From: an uncultured Gammaproteobacteria bacterium
GTDB taxonomy: Bacteria > Patescibacteriota > Patescibacteriia > CAIXNZ01
Assembly (NCBI GenBank): GCA_964590345.1
Contig: CAZPVP010000003.1
Span: 3,634 to 67,633 of the forward strand
Direction: 5' to 3'
Length of the DNA stretch: 64,000 bases
The notes beneath the pieces are model-generated. The model was not told the origin of the DNA. It did no database searches and saw only the letters and a list, made by a program, of their open reading frames with translations. This document shows positions 55,717 to 64,000 of this stretch, in pieces. A program made the position numbers and the translations under genes. How positions within the stretch are numbered: the stretch's first letter is position 1; each line of letters begins with the position of its first letter.

Positions 55717-56952
55717 TTATGGCAGATACTCTAAAGGGTTAACAGGAATACCATTTAATCTAACTTCAAAGTGCAAATGCGGACCAGTGGATAATCTGCC
55801 TGCGCCTAAAGTCCCGGGCATGCCTCCTGTTAAGCCGATAACATCGCCTGCTTTTACATAAGTATCAGGTTTAACATAAATGGCGCTAACATGGCCATAA
55901 ACCGTGGAAATGCCATTATCATGGATTAAAATAATGTAACTATAGCCATAACCGGCATCTTTGGCTCTGGCAACATAACCATTAGCTGGTGCTTTGATTT
56001 GACTTCCCTGCTGGGCCCTGAGATCAATAGCTGGATGTTCAAAAATATAGCGATAAGGATAATCAGGGTCATGAAAATAAGCAGTAATTATATGCGGTGG
56101 TGGTGATGGCCAGGAAACTAAAGTAGTTTTTGGTGAAGAAGAGCCGCTTCTAATTCGGGCAACTTTATTTTTAAGCTGTTCTTGTAAATTTAAGACATCA
56201 CTGTCAATTTCATTTTGCCTTTGCTTTGCTTCTACTAAAAGTTTTTGGAATTGGATTTCAGATGATTTGGTCTCTAAAAGCAGGACTTCTTTGGCTTTTT
56301 GTTCATCTTTAAGTTTGGCTTCTTGGGCTTCTAAGGTTAATTGTAATTGCTCTAATTCTTGTTTTTGCCTTTCTTTGTCAACTTTTTGAACTTCGATAGC
56401 TTCTTTTAAAAGTTTTAGACGATCAACAGTATTTTTAATATTAGCTTGTATTTCTTCCAAATAGCTAAGTTGGCTAAAAAAATCAGCAAAAGAATCATTT
56501 AAAATTAAAATTTCTAAATAAGATTTTTGATCATTTTGATGAATTAATTTAATGTATTCCATTAAATTTTCTTTTTGTCGGTCAATTTCATTTTTTTCTT
56601 TAGCAATCTGATAATCCATAGATTCAAGCTCTAACTTTGTTTTATCAACTTGTAGTTGAGTTGTTTTAATATCTAATTCTATTTTTAAAATTTGATTATC
56701 CAGAAGTCCTATTTGGTTTTTCAAAGTAGCTGATTTGGCTTTATATTCTTCAACTTTTTGGGCATATTCTTCAGCAGCTTTTTTTAAATTCTCAATTTTA
56801 TTTTTGCTATCCTCTATTTGTTCGTTAATATCCTGGATTTCAGGGGTATTAGCGTATAAATTATAATCATTTTTTTGAGCAATAACAAAACTGGAGCTTA
56901 AAATCAATAAACTCAAAATTACAAGAAAAGCTAATTTATTTTTCTTTTTCAT
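55717..56952 (-). CDS. Coiled-coil M23 family peptidase (EnvC/PcsB-like stalk)
   Basis: Signal peptide, long coiled coil, HPAID, YGH, STGPHLHFEVR. Confidence 0.9.
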   Translation of the reverse strand: MKKKNKLAFLVILSLLILSSSFVIAQKNDYNLYANTPEIQDINEQIEDSKNKIENLKKAAEEYAQKVEEYKAKSATLKNQIGLLDNQILKIELDIKTTQLQVDKTKLELESMDYQIAKEKNEIDRQKENLMEYIKLIHQNDQKSYLEILILNDSFADFFSQLSYLEEIQANIKNTVDRLKLLKEAIEVQKVDKERQKQELEQLQLTLEAQEAKLKDEQKAKEVLLLETKSSEIQFQKLLVEAKQRQNEIDSDVLNLQEQLKNKVARIRSGSSSPKTTLVSWPSPPPHIITAYFHDPDYPYRYIFEHPAIDLRAQQGSQIKAPANGYVARAKDAGYGYSYIILIHDNGISTVYGHVSAIYVKPDTYVKAGDVIGLTGGMPGTLGAGRLSTGPHLHFEVRLNGIPVNPLEYLP

Positions 56953-57013
56953 TTATTTATATTATAGCAGATTTTGAGCGATTTAGAAATAAAAAAATCA
57001 GCATTGTTGAACC

Positions 57014-57041
57014 GTAGAGACACGCCATGGCGTGTCTCTAC
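57014..57041. repeat. GTAG-type REP palindrome
   Basis: Perfect 28-bp palindrome GTAGAGACACGCCATGGCGTGTCTCTAC. Confidence 0.8.
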
Positions 57042-57086
57042 TCTACAAATATATAATTTTGTATTTACGCAACAATGCAGATTTTT

Positions 57087-58580
57087 TTATTTAAGTTTAT
57101 TCTGCGCTTGATTAATTCGTTCAATTGCTTTCTTTTTACCCAAAACCCAGGCAATTTCAAATGGTGAAGGAGAATTTTGCTGGCCTGACAATGCTACGCG
57201 CATTGGCCAGAGCATGTCCCCTACTCCATGATTATTTTTTTTGATCCAGTTGGTGATTTTTTTTTCCAAGGTTTCAATTTTATTAAAATCACCATCAGAT
57301 AAAGTAATTAAAAAGTCCTCTAATTTAACCAAATTTTCCAAAGTCGTTGCCCTATTTGATTTTTTCCAAATTAATAATTCTGGCTGGTATTTAATATCTT
57401 TATAGAAAAATTCTGTGTTTTGGCTAATATCAGACAATTTTTTAAGTCGTTCCTGCTCAATTTCAACAATTTTTTCAAGAATTTTTTTATCTTTAATTTT
57501 AGGCAAATACGGCTGGCAAAGTTTGATCAATTTCGGCAATTTCATCTGTCGGATATACCAACCGTTTATCCAGTCCAGTTTTTCCAGGTCAAAAACAGCT
57601 CCTGATTTGTTAATATTATCCAAAGAAAATGCCTCAATTAAATTTTTTACTTCGCCGTTTTTTAATTCAAAATCATCAAGTAATTTTGGCAGATTAAAAA
57701 GCTCATCAGTACTCCCTTGGCCCGGATTCCAGCCTAATAAAGCGACAAAATTAAGCAAAGCAGCCGGTAAATAGCCTTTTGCCAAATATTCGCCGACAGC
57801 CACATCACTTTGCCGTTTACTAAGTTTTGATTTGTCTGGATTTAAAAGTAATGGTAAGTGGGCAAATTTTGGCAAGTCCCAGCCTAAAGCTTTATATAAT
57901 TTTATATGCTTAATAGTACTGGAAAGGAATTCTTCACCCCGAATAACATGGCTGATTTTCATTTCGTGGTCGTCAATTACATTGGCAAAATTATAAGTAG
58001 GATAACCGTCGCTTTTGATCATTACAAAATCATCTTGATATTCCATGTCTACTGCGATATTGCCATGTATTTCGTCGCGCCAATGTTCGTGCTCTTTTGT
58101 GGGAACATTGTTGTCAGGTAGCATTTTAAACCTAATAACATATTTTTCATTATTGGCGATTTTTTCTTTAATTTGTTTTACAGTTAATTGATTGCATTGG
58201 CGATAAGGCCCCCAATAACCGGGCGGTTTTTTGTCTTGCTTTTGCTTCTCACGGATCTTATCCAATTCTTCTTTGCTGCAAAAACAATAATAAGCTTTTC
58301 CTTCTTTTAATAATTTTTTTGCATAATCTTGGTAGATTTTTAGTCGTTTTGACTGATAAATAACTTTTTTATTATGCCTTTTTAATTCAAACAGGTCTAA
58401 AAGCTCAATTATTTTTTTATCAGAGCCCTTGACTAATCTTGCTTGGTCAGTATCTTCTATTCGCAATAGAAATTTTCCCTTATGCTTTTTAGCAAATAAA
58501 AAATTATATAAAGCCGTTCTTAGGCTGCCTACGTGTAAATAGCCGGTCGGGCTCGGCGGAAATCTGGTGATTATGTTCAT
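57087..58580 (-). CDS. gltX: Glutamate--tRNA ligase
   Basis: RFPPSPTGYLHVG, LRIEDTD, HVIRGEE, KLSKR. Confidence 0.96.
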   Translation of the reverse strand: MNIITRFPPSPTGYLHVGSLRTALYNFLFAKKHKGKFLLRIEDTDQARLVKGSDKKIIELLDLFELKRHNKKVIYQSKRLKIYQDYAKKLLKEGKAYYCFCSKEELDKIREKQKQDKKPPGYWGPYRQCNQLTVKQIKEKIANNEKYVIRFKMLPDNNVPTKEHEHWRDEIHGNIAVDMEYQDDFVMIKSDGYPTYNFANVIDDHEMKISHVIRGEEFLSSTIKHIKLYKALGWDLPKFAHLPLLLNPDKSKLSKRQSDVAVGEYLAKGYLPAALLNFVALLGWNPGQGSTDELFNLPKLLDDFELKNGEVKNLIEAFSLDNINKSGAVFDLEKLDWINGWYIRQMKLPKLIKLCQPYLPKIKDKKILEKIVEIEQERLKKLSDISQNTEFFYKDIKYQPELLIWKKSNRATTLENLVKLEDFLITLSDGDFNKIETLEKKITNWIKKNNHGVGDMLWPMRVALSGQQNSPSPFEIAWVLGKKKAIERINQAQNKLK

Positions 58581-58582
58581 AA

Positions 58583-58933
58583 TTAATGATTTATTTTTTG
58601 TTTAAAATTTTTGATTAAGTTAACCCGTTTTAAAATCTCGTTTTTATTGTCTTTGTCAGCCAAAGCTTCTGATATTTGATCTTCAGATAAATCACTCAAT
58701 GCTATTATACTGATAAATTCTTTAAATCGTTTTTGAATCTCTGCTGGATAATTTTTTAGTTTATTCATTAATTCTACAGTGCTATGCCCTTGAATATATT
58801 TTTGTTTAGCTAATTCTAATATCAGTTCTTTTTCTGAAAGTTGTTTTTGCGAATCAGCTTCAGCAATTTTTTCTAGATTTTTAAAATGAGGTTGATCTTC
58901 TTTTTTAGGTTGTAATTTTTCTAAATTTGGCAT
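58583..58933 (-). CDS. Hypothetical protein
   Basis: ORF tightly packed between operon genes; no recognised motif. Confidence 0.6.
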   Translation of the reverse strand: MPNLEKLQPKKEDQPHFKNLEKIAEADSQKQLSEKELILELAKQKYIQGHSTVELMNKLKNYPAEIQKRFKEFISIIALSDLSEDQISEALADKDNKNEILKRVNLIKNFKQKINH

Positions 58934-58935
58934 AT

Positions 58936-60117
58936 TTATAAGTATTTTTTAAATCCATCTAAGCCAATCTTTATAAGCGGTTTTTTAAAATCCGGAACTT
59001 TATCTAAAATTTTATCTTTGTTTATCCATTGCCATTCAATGAATTCATTGGGATCCAATTTTATCTCATCGTCATTGCCTTGGAATTTCAGCAGAAAAAG
59101 CGATTGGATTTGTCCTTTGAAACGATCCCAGCCTTGATCGGGTTTTGTCCAAGTATATTTGTGGCAATTGGGCAGCCAATCTAAAATTTTTACATTATCG
59201 GTGCCGATTTCTTGCCTTAATTCCCTTAGTATATCCTTTTCATATTCCTGCTTTGTTTTTGCATTTTTAGCACCGCCTTGAGGTAGCTGCCAATAATTTC
59301 TGGTCGCATGTTTGGCGATTAAAATTTTTTTATCCTGATTAATAATAAAACCCGCTACATTTTTTCTGTAAAAAAACGAATTGCCAATACGAAATTTGAT
59401 GCAGACTAATGGAAATATTATAACAGCATTAAAAATTCTTTTCCAACGTTTTGGCTCTTGCAATAAACGCCAAAGCCATTCTATGCCTAATTCCCGCCAA
59501 AATTCCGGCGCTCTTTTTAGCCGGCCGGCAATAAAATCCAAGCTTCCGCCAATGCCTAACATCAATTTTGTCTCTAATTTGTCAATATTATTATTAATAA
59601 AATATTCTTGCTTCGGACAACCAAAATTGACTAATATGATATTGGGCTGAAATTCGTTTATTTGTGAAATTAAATTTTGGTTTTCAAAATTTCCCTTGTT
59701 ATCAACTTTGCCGGGATCAAGGTAGTTTATTTTTAATTCAGGATGTTTTTGCCCGATCATTTTTAGCGCACGTTCCCCTATTTTGGGTTGACCTTCAAAA
59801 AATAATATTGAGTAATTATTTTGTTCAGCCAATATAAGCAGTTGCCAGCAAAGATCAACGCCTGTTGTTAAGTTATGTAATTTTTTGCCAAAAAATAATG
59901 CTCCGATTTTTAAACCAAAACCGTCAGGGATTGAGATAAAAGATTTTTTTATGATTCTTCTAAGAAATTTGTCTTTATAGGCTTTTAAGCAAATTTCAGG
60001 ATTTGGTGTGACAATAAATCCTTTGTTTTGGCTTTTTAATAAATTTTGGATTTCTTGAATAGTTTCATCAAGCGAGATATCATTAATTTTTGTTCCTAAA
60101 ATAAATAATTTGCGCAT
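58936..60117 (-). CDS. WecB/TagA/CpsF glycosyltransferase fused to RppH-like Nudix domain
   Basis: VTPNPE, PDG, G.PKQE, GIGGSLDF, RAP...EWLWRL..EPKRW; then YRKNVA, WQLPQGG, RELRQEIG, FKGQIQ. Confidence 0.82.
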   Translation of the reverse strand: MRKLFILGTKINDISLDETIQEIQNLLKSQNKGFIVTPNPEICLKAYKDKFLRRIIKKSFISIPDGFGLKIGALFFGKKLHNLTTGVDLCWQLLILAEQNNYSILFFEGQPKIGERALKMIGQKHPELKINYLDPGKVDNKGNFENQNLISQINEFQPNIILVNFGCPKQEYFINNNIDKLETKLMLGIGGSLDFIAGRLKRAPEFWRELGIEWLWRLLQEPKRWKRIFNAVIIFPLVCIKFRIGNSFFYRKNVAGFIINQDKKILIAKHATRNYWQLPQGGAKNAKTKQEYEKDILRELRQEIGTDNVKILDWLPNCHKYTWTKPDQGWDRFKGQIQSLFLLKFQGNDDEIKLDPNEFIEWQWINKDKILDKVPDFKKPLIKIGLDGFKKYL

Positions 60118-61538
60118 TATTTTGAATAATAAATATTTACAGGCGTGCCAATATCAGCCCAATCATAAAGCCATTTGGCATCAGGAATTTTAAGATTAAC
60201 ACAGCCATGGCTGACGCGCCAGCCAAAACTCCAATGCCAATAAGCCCCATGAATTAAATGATTTTTATAAAAAAGCAAATTCCAGGGCACATTAGGTAAA
60301 TCATAATTATCAGGATGATTTGGGCCATAATCTCCAGACATATGTGTCTTTGGTATTTTGTCTAAAATTTTAAAATTGCCTAAAGGCGTTGGATATTTCC
60401 AAGTTCCTGTTGATACCCAAAATTCTTTTTCTAAACGACCTTTATAGTAAGCATAAAGTTTTTGTTTTCTGATATCAACTTCAATAATTTTATATGATTG
60501 ATATTTGTTAATGGTTGAAATTGATTGTGTGGCAGCTAAAATTTCTGTTTGACCATCATTATCTATATCACCATCAGCGATAGAAATTCCTCCTTTAAAA
60601 TCCTGCCAAATAAAAAGATTTGGGTTAACCTTTTCTTGTCCCAGGCCGTTAAAAATTTTTAAATGAGCAGCACCGCTAAATCCAGGGCCGGTCAAAATAT
60701 CCAAATAACCATCCTGGTCAACATCGCTAGTAGCTAGGTTAACCCCGCCCCAAAAATTAGGATCATAAGCTAAAAATTGATTAAGTAAATTACCATTATA
60801 ATCAAAAATTTTAATTTTTGGCTCGTGGCTTAAAACTGGTGCAGTTATTATTTCGGCTTTTTTATCATTATCTAAATCAGCTGCCAAGACATTAACTCCG
60901 CCTAAAAAATCATCTTTGTAAGCATAAAAACCTTTTATAAAATTACTATAGGGATCAAAAATTTTAACTACTGGTTCCATGCCATGGCCAGCACTAACTA
61001 AGATTTCTTGCTGATTATCTCTATTAACATCACCAACTGAGACATTGGCTCCGCCTCTTAAATTTTTCTCAAAAGCAAAAAAATCAAAATAAAGATGGCC
61101 TAAATTATTAAAAATTCTAATATGCGGTCCCCCGCCTTCATTAGGCGCAGTAATGATTTCAGGGATGCCATCATTGTATAAATCTGCTACTGCTACTTTT
61201 AATCCTCTATTAAAAGTTGGCGCATAAGCAAGGAATTCATATTGAAATTCGCCTTGATGATTGAATATTTTGACTAAAGGTTTTTCATTGCGGCCAGCAG
61301 CGACAATTATTTCTTTATCGCCATCAGCATCTAAATCAGCTGTAGTTATGTGCGCGCCCTCAACTTGCGAATTTTCGGAAAAAGGAAAAAGCTCTTTTTC
61401 TAATTGAAAATTATCAGTGTTTAAAATACGCACAGTAGGTCTGGTTATTTCTGGTTCTTTTATTTTTTCCGCCTCTTGAGCTATGGTCGAAAGTGGCAAA
61501 ATTAAACAAAAAATTGTCAGAAGAATTATTTTTTTCAT
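60117..61538 (-). CDS. FG-GAP-repeat protein with C-terminal L,D-transpeptidase (YkuD) domain
   Basis: Repeated DLDxDGxxEI..GGGPHIRIF blades; VSTG..TPLG, IHGAYWH, SHGCVNL. Confidence 0.87.
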   Translation of the reverse strand: MKKIILLTIFCLILPLSTIAQEAEKIKEPEITRPTVRILNTDNFQLEKELFPFSENSQVEGAHITTADLDADGDKEIIVAAGRNEKPLVKIFNHQGEFQYEFLAYAPTFNRGLKVAVADLYNDGIPEIITAPNEGGGPHIRIFNNLGHLYFDFFAFEKNLRGGANVSVGDVNRDNQQEILVSAGHGMEPVVKIFDPYSNFIKGFYAYKDDFLGGVNVLAADLDNDKKAEIITAPVLSHEPKIKIFDYNGNLLNQFLAYDPNFWGGVNLATSDVDQDGYLDILTGPGFSGAAHLKIFNGLGQEKVNPNLFIWQDFKGGISIADGDIDNDGQTEILAATQSISTINKYQSYKIIEVDIRKQKLYAYYKGRLEKEFWVSTGTWKYPTPLGNFKILDKIPKTHMSGDYGPNHPDNYDLPNVPWNLLFYKNHLIHGAYWHWSFGWRVSHGCVNLKIPDAKWLYDWADIGTPVNIYYSK

Positions 61539-61700
61539 GTTTTAATTATACTATTTTCTTTAAACTTAGGCAAAATTATTATTGCCGCCAAAATATAGAA
61601 AGCCGCCAGGATTTTAAATGGAAATTTGGGAGGTTTCCATGACCAAAGCATAAATTGCTTTTTTCCTGGCGGCTTATTCCATATTATTTTATTTTGCTAA

Positions 61701-62258
61701 TTATGTCAATTTATATTGCTTAACAATAGAATAAATTGGGCCTTGGGAGGTTAAATTGCTTTCCATGAGGTCTATTGTTTGAATGCTGAATTCTGAGAGC
61801 TGAAAGCTGAATTTTGGAATTTGGACGGAGGTTTTAAATTTTACGCGGCCTAAAGTTAAATGCAAGCGAAAGGGGCGTTTATCTATTTTAAAACCCAGCC
61901 ATTCCAATGCTTTCCCTGTTTTTCTTTGCAATTCAATGGTTTGGCCATTATTTAATTCTTTCATTTCTAAAAAAATTACTTTGGGATTATTTAAATCGGG
62001 GAAAGCATCAATAGCGTTTGAAAGTCGGAATTTTAAAGTTGAAAATTCGGCGATTATTGGTTTTAAAGCTTGATTTATTGCTTCAATATTCTCTTCAGGT
62101 ATGGGTCCGAGGAAATGCAGCGTTAAGTGAAAATTATCTTTAGCTACCCATTTAATTGGCTTATTTTTATTAGCTTTTTGTAATTTTAAAACTAGATTGA
62201 AGAGCTCGTCTTTAATCTCTATAGGCAAATTTATAGCTAAGAATAAACGTTTTGTCAT
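61701..62258 (-). CDS. thpR: RNA 2',3'-cyclic phosphodiesterase (2H family)
   Basis: RLFLAI, HLTLHFLG and HLTLGR motifs; ATG 62258. Confidence 0.9.
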   Translation of the reverse strand: MTKRLFLAINLPIEIKDELFNLVLKLQKANKNKPIKWVAKDNFHLTLHFLGPIPEENIEAINQALKPIIAEFSTLKFRLSNAIDAFPDLNNPKVIFLEMKELNNGQTIELQRKTGKALEWLGFKIDKRPFRLHLTLGRVKFKTSVQIPKFSFQLSEFSIQTIDLMESNLTSQGPIYSIVKQYKLT

Positions 62259-62314
62259 GCTTTTAGTATAACTATTAAAAATTTCCTTGCCAAGTCGTTC
62301 GCGAACAAATTGGC

Positions 62315-62462
62315 TTGACAATGGAAATAAGGGTTTTATAATTAAAATATGAAGTGTTCTTGTAGATCTATTGGCCCGATCTGCTATTGTCTACACTCCT
62401 TTTCCCTCTCCAAGCGAGAGGTTTTGGACCCATGGGGACTTAACCAGTCCCCTCTTTTTTTT
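62315..62462 (+). ncRNA. Candidate ~110-nt small transcript with own promoter and terminator
   Basis: TTGACA-16-TATAAT (62315-62342), hairpins, terminator GGGGACT-taacc-AGTCCCC plus T tract. Confidence 0.5.
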
Positions 62463-62645
62463 ATTATAACTTAAATCGTTAGTTTTATTAACTTTTTTTC
62501 TTATGTTATACTTGAATTATGAAACTAACGCAATTTTGGATTAATACTAATTTTTGGTTACATATTTACAAATATTTACTTTTTTTTTACTGATTTGTAA
62601 ATTAGGAACAGATTTGTATGTTCGTATCATGAAATTTGTATTCAT

Positions 62646-63671
62646 ATGAAATTAGCTAAATTCTGGATCAAAAAGCCAGACAACAAAATCCAATGCCAAT
62701 TATGCAATCATTATTGCTTAATTGCTGAAAATAAAACCGGAGTTTGCGGGGTGCGGAAAAATATTAAAGGCAAGCTCTATTCTTTGGTTTATGGTAAAGT
62801 GATTGCTGAAAATATTGATCCCATTGAGAAAAAGCCGCTTTTTCATTTTTTGCCAGGTAGCATAAGTTATTCAATTGCCACTGTTGGCTGTAATTTTAAA
62901 TGTTTGCATTGCCAGAATGCTGATATTTCACAATACCCTATTGATGAGCAATTAAAAGATGAGAAACTTGTACCTGGGAAACAAATAACAACGGAAGAAG
63001 TTGTCAGAAGAGCTGTAAGAGCTAAATGTGAGTCAATTGCTTACACTTATACTGAGCCAACGATTTATGCTGAATTTGCTCTTGATTGTATGAAATTAGC
63101 GAAAAAATCTGGCTTAAAAAATGTCTGGGTGTCTAATGGCTACACTGCCAAGGAAGCCTGGCCCAAAATACTCCCCTATTTGGATGCTATTAATGTTGAT
63201 TTGAAATTTTTTAAGAATGAAACTTATTTAAAAATTTGCGGTGCGAACTTACAGCCCATTTTAGATAATCTAAAATTATTAAATCGCAAAAAAATTTGGC
63301 TGGAAGTGACTACATTGATCATCCCAGGTTTAAATGATTCTCCAGAAGAATTAACTGAAATTACTAAATTTATTAAAAATTATTTGGGCAAAGAAACACC
63401 TTGGCATATTTCCCGTTTTTTCCCTCAATATAAAATGAAGGACAAAGATTCAACCCAAGAGCAATTAATTTATAATGCTTATAAAATCGGCAAACAAGCT
63501 GGCTTAAAATATATTTATGGCGGCAATATTGTTTCTGATATTCATGAAAATACTTACTGCCCCAAATGCAATGAATTGATTCTTCGGCGAACCGGTTATG
63601 ATACTGATAGGTTTGATAAAAATGGACAATGTCCCAAATGCGGTGAAAAAATTGATTTAATTTTAGATTAA
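62646..63671 (+). CDS. amrS: AmmeMemoRadiSam system radical SAM enzyme
   Basis: CQLCNHYC..G.CGVR, DPIEKKPLFHF, GCNFKCLHCQN, AYTYTEPT, WHISRFFPQY, C-terminal CPKC twice. Confidence 0.92.
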   Translation: MKLAKFWIKKPDNKIQCQLCNHYCLIAENKTGVCGVRKNIKGKLYSLVYGKVIAENIDPIEKKPLFHFLPGSISYSIATVGCNFKCLHCQNADISQYPIDEQLKDEKLVPGKQITTEEVVRRAVRAKCESIAYTYTEPTIYAEFALDCMKLAKKSGLKNVWVSNGYTAKEAWPKILPYLDAINVDLKFFKNETYLKICGANLQPILDNLKLLNRKKIWLEVTTLIIPGLNDSPEELTEITKFIKNYLGKETPWHISRFFPQYKMKDKDSTQEQLIYNAYKIGKQAGLKYIYGGNIVSDIHENTYCPKCNELILRRTGYDTDRFDKNGQCPKCGEKIDLILD

Positions 63672-63734
63672 TTGCTGAATTCGAAATCCAATCCCCAATT
63701 AGGAATTGGATTCCGAGTAAAGCTGATCTCCCTA

Positions 63735-63763
63735 TTGACAGGGCTTTTTTTATTTAATATACT
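63735..63763 (+). promoter_or_regulatory. Sigma70 promoter of clpB
   Basis: TTGACA-17-TATACT. Confidence 0.75.
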
Positions 63764-63767
63764 AAAA

Positions 63768-63794
63768 TTAGCACTCTCTTACTTGGAGTGCTAA
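63768..63794. promoter_or_regulatory. CIRCE operator (HrcA binding site)
   Basis: Perfect TTAGCACTC-N9-GAGTGCTAA. Confidence 0.95.
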
Positions 63795-63810
63795 TAAAGT
63801 AACAATTATA

Positions 63811-63859
63811 TATACCCCCACTTTAGTGGGCTAAAATTATCCTGCTAAAGCAGGGTATA
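63811..63859. repeat. REP-like inverted doublet in the clpB leader
   Basis: TATACCC..CCCACTTTAGTGGG...CCTGCTAAAGCAGG..GGGTATA; same CTTTAG/CTAAAG cores as 10353-10400. Confidence 0.55.
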
Positions 63860-63873
63860 AATAATATTCAATT

Positions 63874-64000
63874 ATGTTTAATATAAATAAATTCACAACC
63901 AAATCTCAGGAAGCTTTGCGGCATGCTCAGGAAATTGCCGCTGATAATCAGAATCAGCAGGTTGATGCTTTACATTTGTTCGCCTCTCTGCTTTTGCAGG
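63874..64000 (+). CDS. clpB: ATP-dependent chaperone ClpB, N-terminal part (runs off window)
   Basis: MFNINKFTTKSQEALRHAQEIAADNQNQQVDALHLFASLLLQ; preceded by CIRCE. Confidence 0.82.
   Translation, partial: MFNINKFTTKSQEALRHAQEIAADNQNQQVDALHLFASLLLQ

Noticed and set aside
63675-63720. tRNA-like fragment (TTCGAAATCC)
   Set aside because: No cloverleaf; it is a short hairpin (AATCCAAT/ATTGGATT) after amrS.
1-64000. Alternative genetic code 25 (TGA=Gly)
   Set aside because: Several conserved genes end properly at TGA (rpiB, rsmI, rnhB) and long ORFs are intact under code 11.

Overview
Low-GC bacterial chromosome segment using genetic code 11 (TGA is a stop). Gene content and style suggest Patescibacteria/CPR (Parcubacteria- or ABY1-like); this is an inference, not a database result. 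Left to right: a VirD4/TraG-like ATPase; a non-oxidative pentose-phosphate operon (rpiB, rpe, split tkt, DUF2090 aldolase, PfkB kinase) with two embedded redox genes; housekeeping genes (rsmI, metG, tatD, rnhB, UvrD-nuclease fusion); a ~17 kb cell-surface cluster (21.1-37.9 kb); dciA-like, proS, mreBCD-mrdA, greA, lysS, an atypical purF, serS, ftsQ-like; a single Xer recombinase with a dif/loxP-like site just upstream, after which gene orientation flips; a minus-strand block (pilin-NlpC/P60, M23, gltX, TagA-Nudix, FG-GAP/L,D-transpeptidase, thpR); amrS; and the start of a CIRCE-controlled clpB. The strongest candidate for an undescribed system is the surface cluster. Six secreted proteins share a WxL-like/pilin-like C-terminal domain (four end PAGAYSxTxTxTxxGNF). 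They sit with a membrane-anchored DUF916-like chaperone, an adjacent dockerin-cohesin pair, two 8-repeat beta-propeller proteins, two possible donor-strand-only anchors and a LamG adhesin, suggesting a modular, membrane-tethered fibre. Other items of interest: three stand-alone Cys-rich microproteins, a structured ~240 nt intergenic element, a candidate sRNA, REP-like palindromes and dispersed heptamer repeat arrays. No rRNA, tRNA or CRISPR array was seen.
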